A stretch of DNA of 54,539 nucleotides, taken from IMG/VR virus record IMGVR_UViG_3300027851_000034, positions 1 through 54,539 of that record, one strand, 5' to 3'. Made by a program: the position numbers and the translations under genes. Below, one piece after another: positions 46,147-54,539 of this stretch. Under the pieces are notes generated by a model, which saw only the letters and a program-made list of their open reading frames with translations, was not told the origin of the DNA and made no database searches. The DNA is from a virus (taxonomy: Duplodnaviria > Caudoviricetes). Every line of letters starts with the position of its first letter. Position 1 is the first letter of the stretch.

Positions 46147-46319
46147 TCTCCCCCCTCCGCCAGCTTCTTGCGAACCAACTCCGTCAGCCCCCTCCAGCAT
46201 CCCAGCGGGTCTGACTCCATCTCCAACACCCGGGCCCTGGCGTAGGCCTTCCACGCTGGATCGCGGGCCAGTTCCGCGTAGTGCTGCGCCGTTTTGTCGA
46301 GCTGCTCCTGCCATGTCAC
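46143..46319 (-). CDS. Unannotated 58-aa protein (MTWQEQLDKTAQHYAELARDPAWKAY...)
   Basis: RBS GGAGG; GTGA overlap with the RusA-like gene. Confidence 0.6.
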   Translation of the reverse strand: MTWQEQLDKTAQHYAELARDPAWKAYARARVLEMESDPLGCWRGLTELVRKKLAEGGE

Positions 46320-46355
46320 GCGGCCTCCGAGGTCGATACCTGGTGTTCGGGAAAA

Positions 46356-46808
46356 TTACGCATTGGCAAGAGCCTCCCTGGCGAAGCGCTCTGTCGTAGG
46401 GTTGACCCGCAAACCAGAGTCGACCTTGGCCATGATTCGCTTTGCCCAGGCCTTGTGGTCCACACCTGCAGCGCCCACCTTGGTTGCGACCGAAGCCTGA
46501 CCCAGCTTGGCCAGCTCGGCGGCCATTCGGACCGGGTCGGGCTTGGGCTCGGGAAGCCTTGGCACATCTGGCGCCGGGGCACGGCGGGCCAAGTTGCGGA
46601 ACATGATCGCGTTGGGCACAGGCTCGGGCAGGTTTTCCAACGCCCAGGCCAACAGCTCCATCTTGTCGGCAAAACCGGAAAGCTCGTGAGCCCAGGAGGC
46701 CTTCACATCCGCCAGTGGCGCACTGCCAAGCGATCGATCCCACGCTGCACCGTAGATCAAACCCAGGTGCTCAAACAGCCGGTCAACGGCCTTCAATGGC
46801 AGGGACAT
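46356..46808 (-). CDS. Replication protein P-like (helicase-loader position)
   Basis: VDRLF..L..IYGAAW...P....FRNL; follows the initiator. Confidence 0.65.
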   Translation of the reverse strand: MSLPLKAVDRLFEHLGLIYGAAWDRSLGSAPLADVKASWAHELSGFADKMELLAWALENLPEPVPNAIMFRNLARRAPAPDVPRLPEPKPDPVRMAAELAKLGQASVATKVGAAGVDHKAWAKRIMAKVDSGLRVNPTTERFAREALANA

Positions 46809-47835
46809 AGCGAGCCTCCGTTTCGATGATCAAAGCGCCCTCGGCGGCAACACGGTCGGGGTGGACCCGTCCGGTCATCTCCTCCCACCGAGCCCACCCA
46901 GCCTCTCGGTCCTGCTGGGCAAACGACTTGGCCTCCCGCCTCGGGTTCGGCGGAGGGACCTGCATGCCGGCCAGCACCCGGTCGGCGTATGCCGGAAGCC
47001 AGGCAATGGGCTCGGTTGCCGAGGAAAATGCCTTGGCACAGGCAGCCCGCATTTGCCCAACGGTGACACCGGCATTCGTCCACGCAGCAGCCAGGGGCCA
47101 GAATTTCTTTCGGTCGTGAAAGTTGCGGTGATCGACATCAACGCCGTGCTGCTCGGCGAAAACCTCGACCCACTCGGCTGGCGTTTGCGGTTTTTCGTCG
47201 TCGCCGCGCGGCGCGCGGGGAGTGCATTGGTGTGACGATGTAGGAGGTATTTCTCTATATCCCTCTCCCTCTCTCTCTCCCTCTCTCTTGCGATCAGGTG
47301 GCGATGAGTTTTGAGTCGGGGGGCGATCGGGGGGCGATGACTTGTTGCGGGACATGACCACCTTCTTTTTCAAGCATGGCGATGCCGGGGCGATACGTTT
47401 GAGGCGACAAATTGCGTCACAAAGCGCAGCCTCCTGAGCGCTTGTGTCCACTTCTGTTTGCCACCTTTTTGCATTGCCTACCGCGCCAGAAATGGCGCTG
47501 TTCAGCTTCTCTATCCATGCCGCAAGAGCTTTCTCGGCGACGACTGGGTGGTAAAGGCGACCATCTCCACCATCAACCCAGCCGCGCAAGGCATGCTCTT
47601 TGACCTTGGGCCACTTTGACCCCGCTTGCGACAGATGGGCCAGCATGCGGTCGTTGTTTGGGACGCTGGCAGCTGGAACCTGATGCCAACACGCCAGCCA
47701 CAGCGTGATAGCTGCAGCCTTTTCGTCAGCCGTACCAAGCACCCATGTCTCAGAGGTAAGCAAGCGCTGAACATCAATGGGAAGAAAAGGGAAATCCCGG
47801 AGGTCGCACCCAGGTGGTGTCAGTGGGTTCGTCAT
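46783..47835 (-). CDS. Replication initiator (DUF1376/YdaU-like)
   Basis: CDLRDFPFLPIDVQRL...WHQVPAASVPNNDRMLA...DGRLYHPVVAEKAL. Confidence 0.85.
   Translation of the reverse strand: MTNPLTPPGCDLRDFPFLPIDVQRLLTSETWVLGTADEKAAAITLWLACWHQVPAASVPNNDRMLAHLSQAGSKWPKVKEHALRGWVDGGDGRLYHPVVAEKALAAWIEKLNSAISGAVGNAKRWQTEVDTSAQEAALCDAICRLKRIAPASPCLKKKVVMSRNKSSPPDRPPTQNSSPPDRKREGEREGEGYREIPPTSSHQCTPRAPRGDDEKPQTPAEWVEVFAEQHGVDVDHRNFHDRKKFWPLAAAWTNAGVTVGQMRAACAKAFSSATEPIAWLPAYADRVLAGMQVPPPNPRREAKSFAQQDREAGWARWEEMTGRVHPDRVAAEGALIIETEARYVPAIEGR
47260..47343. other. Candidate replication origin inside the initiator gene
   Basis: Two copies of GCGATC(A/G)GG(T/G)GGCGATGA(G/C)TT (47290, 47323) next to a CT-rich tract; lambdoid ori position. 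Confidence 0.45.
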
Positions 47836-48137
47836 CGTTCACCCGTCGCCAAGAATTCGGGGGCATGAACGTGACCTATGAGCCGCTTGATTGCGTCAAT
47901 ACGATGGGCGTCATGACTCATCTTTTCGGCAACCATCTGTCCATACGTCTTTTGGTAGACGTAGGCATAAACGAAATCTCTCAGCACGCCAGAGACATCA
48001 ACGCCTTCGATCCGGCACTGGCGGCAAAAGAGGTCATAGGTGCCTTCGTCCACTTTCGTTTTGAGATCCATGTCCAGCTTTCCCAGTGGACCTGCAACCC
48101 CCCGGGCGAATACCGGAATTTCATCGTTGTCATTCAT
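47832..48137 (-). CDS. Small DNA-binding regulator (CII position, RHH-like)
   Basis: PLGKLDMDLKTKVD...SGVLRDFVY; ATGA coupling to the initiator. Confidence 0.6.
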   Translation of the reverse strand: MNDNDEIPVFARGVAGPLGKLDMDLKTKVDEGTYDLFCRQCRIEGVDVSGVLRDFVYAYVYQKTYGQMVAEKMSHDAHRIDAIKRLIGHVHAPEFLATGER

Positions 48138-48207
48138 TTGCGTGCATCCGTGGTAATGCTCTTCGGGCCCAGGCCCGGTAAAGTGATCGCCGTTGAAGGA
48201 ATTGCCC

Positions 48208-48438
48208 ATGACCACCCCATCCACCCACCCGCTGGCCAGCGCGACGCAGGCGAGCATCGAAATGGCGATAGCGCAAGCGCTCAGCGAATTGACCGGGCGA
48301 ACAGCTCAGGTGACGGTCAAAAATGGAACTCACAGTCCGATGTATCTGGACACCTGTTACAGCTCGCTCGAAATCTCGGTGTCGTTTCCGCAACCGAGCC
48401 CAGAGGAAGGCGAGGACGGCGACGCGCCGATGGGTTGA
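48208..48438 (+). CDS. Hypothetical protein antisense to the early operon
   Basis: RBS GAAGGA; IEMAIAQALSELTG. Confidence 0.55.
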   Translation: MTTPSTHPLASATQASIEMAIAQALSELTGRTAQVTVKNGTHSPMYLDTCYSSLEISVSFPQPSPEEGEDGDAPMG

Positions 48439-48747
48439 AATCATCCGGAGCCCCATCCTTTGTGAGTGGGCCCAAAGCGGCCTAATCCCGGGGCATGGCT
48501 TCCCGGCTTGTCCTCCGCCTTCTTGAAAGGCTGGCGCGATCCGTAAATCCGGCAAAGCTGCTCTGCATTGCCGGGGTGTGGCGTTGTTGTCGGCAGGGTG
48601 TTGACGTATGCCAGATCGAAGTACGCCCCGCTGAATGGTGGGCGGGCGCACACTCAGGCCACCTCTTTTTGGTGGTTGGCGGGCTGGTCCAGGCCCGTGA
48701 AAGAATGGAAGTCCCTCAACCCCATTCCCAACAGGAAGGACCAGCCC

Positions 48748-48975
48748 ATGAACGAGAAAACGCTGTCGAACGACGAGCTGACCGCTCTTGCGGTGCCCGT
48801 ATCGACGCAACACTTGTTGAGCCACTTCATACGCGTGCTTTGCGAGGACGGCTTGGTTTCGCAAAGCCAAATTCGCCGCGCAGCAGAAAGAGCAATGGCC
48901 GATTTGCAGGCGATGCCAGGGCCAGTGCATATGCGCGCTGCTTTGCTGCTCGAATCGCTTTCCGTCGAAACCTAG
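48748..48975 (+). CDS. Hypothetical protein antisense to the early operon
   Basis: RBS GGAAGGA; helical, 75 aa. Confidence 0.55.
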   Translation: MNEKTLSNDELTALAVPVSTQHLLSHFIRVLCEDGLVSQSQIRRAAERAMADLQAMPGPVHMRAALLLESLSVET

Positions 48976-49151
48976 AACGTGCTGCCTGCTGTGGCGTTTG
49001 TTTGAGCGCCATCGCAAGCGACCGATATGCATCCGCCGCCGAAAATCCAGCAGCCCGGACCAATTGGTCTGCGACCGAAGTAACTTGCGCCTCGCGCATT
49101 GCCAAAAAACAGGCCTCAACACCAGACGGTGGCTGGTCTGCGGACAGCGGC

Positions 49152-49388
49152 TCACCCATGGGCCACCTCTTTGATGGATTCCGTTCCGCGAAGGACACTC
49201 CACTGCACGTCTGGGCGCAGCTCTTCGCAGCGCACGCCTGTGGCGGCTTCAATGGCCGGGCAGTATTCGGCGGGTACCCGGCGTGCCCCAGACCGCCAGA
49301 AATACACGGACTGAGCAGGCACACCAATGGACGCTGCAAGTTGCTGCGCCCCACCTGCTGAATTGATTGCGGCTTGAATGCTTGACAT
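49152..49388 (-). CDS. cro: Cro-like regulator (YdaS family)
   Basis: AGGAQQLAASIGV...IEAATGVRCEELRPDVQW; divergent from CI. Confidence 0.9.
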   Translation of the reverse strand: MSSIQAAINSAGGAQQLAASIGVPAQSVYFWRSGARRVPAEYCPAIEAATGVRCEELRPDVQWSVLRGTESIKEVAHG

Positions 49389-49394
49389 GCCTTG

Positions 49395-49446
49395 ATTCTA
49401 CAACCGTAGATTTCAAAATCAACATGTGCAGTTCAACATTTGTTTA
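49395..49446. promoter_or_regulatory. OR/PR: three TCWAC-N4-GTWGA-type operators and the cro promoter
   Basis: TCTACAACCGTAGA at 49397; degenerate copies at 49419 and 49433; minus-strand TTGATT-16-TAGAAT. Confidence 0.75.
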
Positions 49447-49456
49447 AGGTGTTGCC

Positions 49457-50158
49457 ATGGCACTCGGAAAAAACATCAAAACCCACAGAGAGGCCCGGGG
49501 CTGGGACCAAAAAAAGCTGTCCCAGATGTCGGGCGTTGACGTTGGGACAATCAGCGCACTTGAGGTGCGCGACAGCAAGCGCTCAGACAAGGCATCGGCC
49601 CTGGCGCGAGCGTTCGGCATTTCGACAGATGAGTTGATCACCGGGTCACCGCTGCACACCATCGATGGTGATGCCGTGGGTGTGACGCATAGGCGGGCCA
49701 TCGGACAAGAACAATCAAACGTCAGCGACTACAAGCCCCGAAACAGGGTGCCGCTGATTTCATGGGTTCGAGCAGGGGAGTTGTCAGACGTGTTGGATTT
49801 GTTTCATCCGGGTGAGGCCGTGCGTTGGGAGGACACCGACGCAAACTGCTCCAGAGGCGCCTATGCGCTGCTTGTCGAGGGCGACAGCATGGTTTCATCA
49901 ACGCCTGGAAGCCACAGCTTCCCAGCCGGTACTGTGCTGATCGTTGACCCCGAGCGCGGCGGCAACGCAGGCGATTACGTCATTGCCAAAGACGTGCACA
50001 GCCAGCGCGCCACGTTCAAGCTGTTGAAGACAGACGGTGCCAGGTGGTACTTGCACGCACTGAACAAAGAGTACCCACCCATAGAGATTGACGACCCGGC
50101 TGTGCGCGTCATTGGTCGGGTGATCGAGGCCAAGCCCCCCACCATCAAGCTGATATGA
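49457..50158 (+). CDS. cI: CI-like repressor (HTH plus S24 peptidase)
   Basis: N-terminal HTH; VRAG cleavage site; VEGDSM Ser and ATFK Lys. Confidence 0.93.
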   Translation: MALGKNIKTHREARGWDQKKLSQMSGVDVGTISALEVRDSKRSDKASALARAFGISTDELITGSPLHTIDGDAVGVTHRRAIGQEQSNVSDYKPRNRVPLISWVRAGELSDVLDLFHPGEAVRWEDTDANCSRGAYALLVEGDSMVSSTPGSHSFPAGTVLIVDPERGGNAGDYVIAKDVHSQRATFKLLKTDGARWYLHALNKEYPPIEIDDPAVRVIGRVIEAKPPTIKLI

Positions 50159-50379
50159 GCGCCCAGATCATTGGTGCGGTAAAGATCGGAAGTACGAGAT
50201 CAGGGAGGTGACTATGTTCGGAGGTCTACTTCAGAGTGCCAGATCTGGTGGCAGCGAATATTGAACCGATGCAGACCCACGTATAGAGCTGATGCGTGCA
50301 CAGAAGACCCCCCTCATACTGGTGAATGTGGTGCGGTCGGCGAAAGAAGCCATCAATACACAACAGGGAGCAACCAGCA

Positions 50380-51225
50380 GTGAGCCAATGGACCTTCCCG
50401 ATCCTGGGTGACGACAGTTACACAGGCTTCATCGCCCCCCTTTCACAACTTGGCGTCAACCCCACCACCCATGTGGCCGAGGTGCGCTACCCGGTGCAGC
50501 ACGCACCAGTGGCTAGCGTGGTCAAGCTTTTACCGCCACACGGCCCTCACATTGGCAACGAAGGGCTTGCATGGTTGTTTTTACGAGGCGCAGGTGTGCC
50601 CCAGCCGCCAAAAGTTGCCGTTTTGGTGCTGAGCGAACGCAAGGCAGCCGAGGTGCTGTCGTCCACCAAACTGGTCAAACCTTACGCAAATGGCAAACGG
50701 GTGCTGGCCTGGGCTTCTGAACGGCTGAACCACCGCTCCATCTCGGCCATTTTTACAGGCACCAAGGGGGACAGAAAGTGGGCACGGCTGATGTCAACAC
50801 TTGAAGGAACGGCCATTGCAGCATTTGACGAAGCCTTCTACAACCTCGACCGCAACAACGGAAACGTGCTTTATGTCAACGATGAATCGTGCATACCCAT
50901 CGATCATGAAATGCTGTTTGGCATGCACGACTGGACGGCCTCCCCCATTCCATCGACGGCGCTGGAAAGCCACACACTGCGCGAAATAAGGGCGTGCCAT
51001 AAACGCCGCCACCTGTCCACATCACAGCTGGCCAGCGTTTACAACCACATCGCCCATCATGCCGAAAAGCACAGCCACGTGCTCGCTACTGTGCGAAACG
51101 ACATGGGGCAGCTGCTTTCACAGCTATATGGCTCAAGGTCAGCTTCGATGGTGGAGCATGTTCTATCATTCTTGGCTGCGCGAACCGCGCAAGACTGGAT
51201 GAACCAGCGTTTGGGGGTGCTGTAA
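50380..51225 (+). CDS. HipA-like (PI3K-fold) kinase
   Basis: VVK...NE...AAFD...NLDRNNGNVL...IDHE; RBS AGGGAG before GTG 50380. Confidence 0.85.
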   Translation: MSQWTFPILGDDSYTGFIAPLSQLGVNPTTHVAEVRYPVQHAPVASVVKLLPPHGPHIGNEGLAWLFLRGAGVPQPPKVAVLVLSERKAAEVLSSTKLVKPYANGKRVLAWASERLNHRSISAIFTGTKGDRKWARLMSTLEGTAIAAFDEAFYNLDRNNGNVLYVNDESCIPIDHEMLFGMHDWTASPIPSTALESHTLREIRACHKRRHLSTSQLASVYNHIAHHAEKHSHVLATVRNDMGQLLSQLYGSRSASMVEHVLSFLAARTAQDWMNQRLGVL

Positions 51226-52100
51226 TGATTGACATGGATTGGGTTGCGGCACAAGCCAGACAGTCACTACGGCCAGGGTTTGAAGGGCGCTGGCACGCCA
51301 TTGAATTTCAGCCCGAGTTGGCAGTTCCCCAGCGGTTCGTAATTGGCGTTGCCCTGTCAACCAAGGGCAAGCTGGTCCGCTTCAGGGTTGCCAACGAAGC
51401 GCCAAGGCTCAAATGCTTTTACGAACAGCGGTACAGCAACAGCGTCTGGAAGTACTTGCGCCAGGAGCTGGAGTCAGAGTTGACTGAGCGCACCGGTTTG
51501 CCTGTGACCAAGTATGTCAGCGGCAGTCCCCAAGTGCACCTGGGTGCGGGGCATTACGTCAGTGGCACTTCGGAAGATGCCGCGCTGAACCGTACGTTTG
51601 AGCGGATTGTGACCGTGGTGCGCAAAGACAAACCTGTCCGATTGACCGGCATGGCCCAAGCTGAATTGCGCAGCAGCGTGTCAAACCTTTTGAAAAGACA
51701 ACTCCAGCTTCGGTTCGATGCGATTGCACAGCCCGAGCAAGGCATGATCATCAAGGAGGGGGAGGTGCTGCACTACTTTGACGTGCAGTACGACAACACC
51801 AAGGTAGCCTGCAGCGTGGTGTCAGCCTTCAACTCGGGACTTGAAACCACAAAGCTGAACATGTATCAGGCTTGGAACGATCTGAACGCACTGAACCGCA
51901 TACGCCCAAAAGAGCAAATTGGACTGGCCGTGCTCAAGCCTGCGCCAAAGTTCTTGCCCCAACCAGCGTTGACCGCATGGCAAGACTGGTGGAGCGACTT
52001 CACTTACAAGCTGCGCAGTGATAACCGCATTTTGCTGGCGGAAGAAACCGAGGTGAGTGTTTTGGCCGATCAGATTGGCGACTGGTTCTCAGTGGACTGA
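51225..52100 (+). CDS. DUF3037-like partner of the HipA-like kinase
   Basis: IEFQPELAVPQRFVIGVAL; TAATG coupling. Confidence 0.65.
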   Translation: MIDMDWVAAQARQSLRPGFEGRWHAIEFQPELAVPQRFVIGVALSTKGKLVRFRVANEAPRLKCFYEQRYSNSVWKYLRQELESELTERTGLPVTKYVSGSPQVHLGAGHYVSGTSEDAALNRTFERIVTVVRKDKPVRLTGMAQAELRSSVSNLLKRQLQLRFDAIAQPEQGMIIKEGEVLHYFDVQYDNTKVACSVVSAFNSGLETTKLNMYQAWNDLNALNRIRPKEQIGLAVLKPAPKFLPQPALTAWQDWWSDFTYKLRSDNRILLAEETEVSVLADQIGDWFSVD

Positions 52101-52238
52101 CGGAAATATCCCTACGCTTTTACAACAGCAACGTAATCTGCAACAAGCAGGCTAACTTAGCAGTGGTACTATTTATCTATGCGATTCTTGCAGTCGCATT
52201 TCTTACTACACACCACCCAATCTAAATAGGCGGACAGC

Positions 52239-52451
52239 ATGAAGCCTGAATCCCTTGCCCAAAAGCGGCAAGTTTCTCGCGTTCGAGTGTCACACGTGGC
52301 TACTGCATTGGAGCTACAAGAAATAAAGCGCAACGCGCTTCGCAACTCTTCCTCCGCAGCTCCCAACAACCAAGTGGGCGACGTTCGAGCATCTTTTGGC
52401 TTCATGCCTGTGAACATAAAGAACGCCGCTATTCTTTGGCCCGCCTTGTAA
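52239..52451 (+). CDS. Small basic protein; candidate antitoxin of the nucleotidyltransferase
   Basis: RBS-like GGCGGA; directly upstream of the NTase. Confidence 0.55.
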   Translation: MKPESLAQKRQVSRVRVSHVATALELQEIKRNALRNSSSAAPNNQVGDVRASFGFMPVNIKNAAILWPAL

Positions 52452-52474
52452 AAAGAAACGGCTTAATTGCCCGG

Positions 52475-53308
52475 ATGGCCAAAGCTAACGGGGTGGCGGC
52501 ATTCACACCGGAAGATTTTTTCAGCGTATCCAAACAGGTATCAGTCGACCCATCTCGATTGATACTGGTGGGCGGGCAGGCACTTGAAGTGTGGTCTGTT
52601 TTGCTGGACGCTCCCCCGCCGAATGGCAACGGAACCCCACTGACGGAAGACACCGACTGGCTCGGCAGCGCCAGGGACGCGGAATGGCTTGCCAACCAGC
52701 TGGGCGGCACCATGAGCATTGAACTGAGTGTGGCCAAACTTGGCGATAGCACACCCAACACGGCCGTGATGCTGCTGCACCGCAACGGGACTGAGCGCGT
52801 GTTGATGATGGATTTTTTGCACAGCGTTACCGGGTTGACGGACAAGGAAATACACGCGCTGGCCGTTCCAATTGAACTGCCCCACCAAGAAACAGGCGAA
52901 AAGGTCACCCTGCGTGTGCTCCATCCGCTGCACTGCATGGCCAGCCGCATGGCCAACCTGAAAACACACGAAAAAAAACGTAATGGCAATGGCCCGCAGC
53001 AAGCGTTGTGGGCCATAGACATACTGGCCGCTTGGTTGAGAACCGTGGAGCGAGACCAAGATGAAAAGCAGATGCGCAAAGCCTGCCAAAACGTGGCGGA
53101 ACTGGCGCAGAAAGACTACGCCAAGTACTGCTACCAAAACTACCAGCTAGACCCCCTGCAGGCCGTTTCGTCAGACATGGTGACCGCTGGGGGTGAGGGG
53201 TTCAGCACAAAAGGTTGGCCGACAATCAAAAACCGAATTGAGCAACAACGAGAGAACGAAGCAAAATGGCTGCAAGACTCAAAAGCTCGTATCAAAAAAC
53301 ACCCGTGA
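52475..53308 (+). CDS. Pol-beta-superfamily nucleotidyltransferase (AbiEii/MenT-like)
   Basis: LILVGGQAL..W...TEDTD; DFL..V.GL; VLHPLHCMASR..N. Confidence 0.75.
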   Translation: MAKANGVAAFTPEDFFSVSKQVSVDPSRLILVGGQALEVWSVLLDAPPPNGNGTPLTEDTDWLGSARDAEWLANQLGGTMSIELSVAKLGDSTPNTAVMLLHRNGTERVLMMDFLHSVTGLTDKEIHALAVPIELPHQETGEKVTLRVLHPLHCMASRMANLKTHEKKRNGNGPQQALWAIDILAAWLRTVERDQDEKQMRKACQNVAELAQKDYAKYCYQNYQLDPLQAVSSDMVTAGGEGFSTKGWPTIKNRIEQQRENEAKWLQDSKARIKKHP

Positions 53309-53330
53309 CCGGTCACGTCCACCCCGCACC

Positions 53331-53356
53331 AAAACCGCCCTGTGAGGCGGTTTTTT
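53331..53356 (+). terminator. Intrinsic terminator (possibly bidirectional)
   Basis: AAAACCGCC-CTGTGA-GGCGGTTTTTT. Confidence 0.85.
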
Positions 53357-53418
53357 AACGCCGGTCGCTTTCCGTTTGTCGGGGCGTGGGAGATTTTTGC
53401 CTTGTTTTAGATTTATTT

Positions 53419-53457
53419 TCTACCTTTGTTGATTGCTGCAATCTACATGTGTAGAAT
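53419..53457 (+). promoter_or_regulatory. OL/PL: two CI operators overlapping a sigma70 promoter
   Basis: TCTACCTTTGTTGA at 53419 and TCTACATGTGTAGA at 53442; TTGATT-17-TAGAAT. Confidence 0.8.
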
Positions 53458-53462
53458 TCACC

Positions 53463-53975
53463 CCGTGCCGCAAACAAAGCGGCATCGGGCCAAGGTGATC
53501 GAGCTTTGCCACCCGTTGCCAGTGTGTGCCGGGTCACCAACAAAGACCGGTGAGGCAAAGCGGAAGCCAAAAAAAGCAAACCGCGACGGCAGCGATGCCA
53601 CGTTGGACCGGGGTTGTCAGTGCAAGGCCGCAACCAGGTTGGTGGGTGCCTCCAGCGTCATCCCTTCGGGGTCATCGAATAACGGCGGCAGATATTGATC
53701 TGCCACGGCGCAGCCAGTGCGCGGCCTGAGCCCGAGAAATCGGGGAGATGCAGGCCACCCCTTCAACGAGGGGCATCACACCAGAGCAAAAGCCACTGGG
53801 GCAGGCACACCGTGCCACCCGGGCCCTGATGTGATGGTGTGGCGTGTCGGTTTGATTCCGACGCTTTAAGCATGGGGAAAGCGCCTGGCTAGCATAGGCA
53901 AACCATCAACCCACCTCCCTGAGTTGCTTCGGCAACTTTTCGCCCGCCCCTGAGCAATTGGGGGCGGGCTTTTTT
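53463..53975 (+). ncRNA. Putative structured PL leader RNA
   Basis: Many hairpins, including UUCG and GAAA tetraloops; no RBS-led ORF; ends in a terminator. Confidence 0.45.
53942..53975 (+). terminator. Intrinsic terminator before the first PL gene
   Basis: GCCCGCCCC...GGGGCGGGC-TTTTTT. Confidence 0.85.
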
Positions 53976-53995
53976 ATTCCAACACTGGAGCCATC

Positions 53996-54539
53996 ATGGA
54001 TGCAGCAGTCAATCACAGCCCGACAACAATTACCAAAGACCGATTGAAAACGTGGTCAGCCTGCGCCGACGGCTACCGCTGGTTTTTGGAGAAATTTCCT
54101 GATGGCGGCGAATTTGTGACAGTGCACAAGGCACTCATCAAAGACAAGCGTGGCGATGACGCTGATTGGCTGATCGGTAAAGCGCTTGATGGCCTTGATA
54201 CGGCGGAGCGTGTGAAGCAGATAACGATCATCAGCGGATCGGATGCTGTCGCCATTGCTGAAGCTGTTGCCGAAGGGGCCAACGCTGCCACCACGGGCAA
54301 CTGGTCCAACGCTGCCACCACGGGCGAAGGGGCCAACGCTGCCACCACGGGCTACCGGGCCAACGCTGCCACCACGGGCAACTGGTCCAACGCTGCCACC
54401 ACGGGCAACTGGTCCAACGCTGCCACCACGGGCGAAGGGGCCAACGCTGCCACCACGGGCGAAGGGGCCAACGCTGCCACCACGGGCGAAGGGGCCAACG
54501 CTGCCACCACGGGCTACCGGGCCAACGCTGCCACCACGG
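53996..54539 (+). CDS. Early protein with 9-aa repeats (probable beta-solenoid); truncated by the window edge
   Basis: RBS GGAG; open frame MDAAVNHS...WSACADGYRWF... to the window end; absent from the ORF track because there is no stop. Confidence 0.8.
   Translation, partial: MDAAVNHSPTTITKDRLKTWSACADGYRWFLEKFPDGGEFVTVHKALIKDKRGDDADWLIGKALDGLDTAERVKQITIISGSDAVAIAEAVAEGANAATTGNWSNAATTGEGANAATTGYRANAATTGNWSNAATTGNWSNAATTGEGANAATTGEGANAATTGEGANAATTGYRANAATT
54272..54539 (+). repeat. 27-bp coding tandem repeat, at least 10 units, (EGA/NWS/YRA)NAATTG
   Basis: Invariant CCAACGCTGCCACCACGGGC core with three alternative heads. Confidence 0.95.

Larger units (their letters stand above)
269..54539 (-). 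mobile_element. Temperate prophage, podovirus-like (P22-like portal, N4-gp56-type capsid, no tape measure or tail tube); continues beyond the right edge
   Basis: Continuous immunity, replication, packaging, head, tail and lysis modules in lambdoid order. No integrase in the window. Confidence 0.95.

Noticed and set aside
48130-49361. Long ORFs 48130-49203 (-), 48827-49354 (-) and 48495-49361 (+)
   Set aside because: Atypical Arg/Pro-rich composition, no RBS or motifs, and they overlap better-supported genes. A short real ORF coupled to cro cannot be excluded.
50155-50379. Mini-ORFs after cI (18 and 16 aa) and the upstream ATG 50326 for the kinase
   Set aside because: Too short to support; GTG 50380 has the better RBS.
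53846-53862. tRNA gene
   Set aside because: Only a T-arm-like hairpin (TTTGATT, not TTCGA); I could not build an acceptor, D or anticodon arm.
54272-54539. CRISPR-like repeat array
   Set aside because: The variable parts are only 7 nt and recur, and the 27-bp period is in frame within a CDS; no cas genes.

Overview
The window covers most of a temperate, podovirus-type prophage, probably from a Betaproteobacterium (Burkholderiales-like; inferred from GC content and protein families). The structural arm is on the minus strand. Read right to left it runs: cro, replication, nin-like region, terS, GIY-YIG endonuclease, terL, portal, scaffold, N4-gp56-type major capsid, adaptor/nozzle, tail and ejection proteins, a 2800-aa polyvalent protein, tail fibres and the lysis cassette. 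A guaA-type att core at 269-280 probably marks the left end. CI, two candidate toxin/defence pairs and the PL arm are on the plus strand, and the integrase is not in the window. The strongest novel signal is a low-GC, 4-TM moron (7884-8615) whose C-terminal domain is clearly similar to part of this phage's own capsid scaffolding protein; an unannotated 47-aa 2-TM ORF follows it. Other notable items: a cluster of candidate anti-defence nucleotide sponges (Tad2/DUF2829 fusion and Gp49 family) inside the lysis cassette; six exactly spaced copies of a late-promoter motif; a duplicated 46-bp element in front of two morons; nested Arc/antirepressor cassettes; a DnaA-box-like array; and a highly structured 0.5-kb PL leader. 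All family assignments come from motif recognition by eye; no searches were run.
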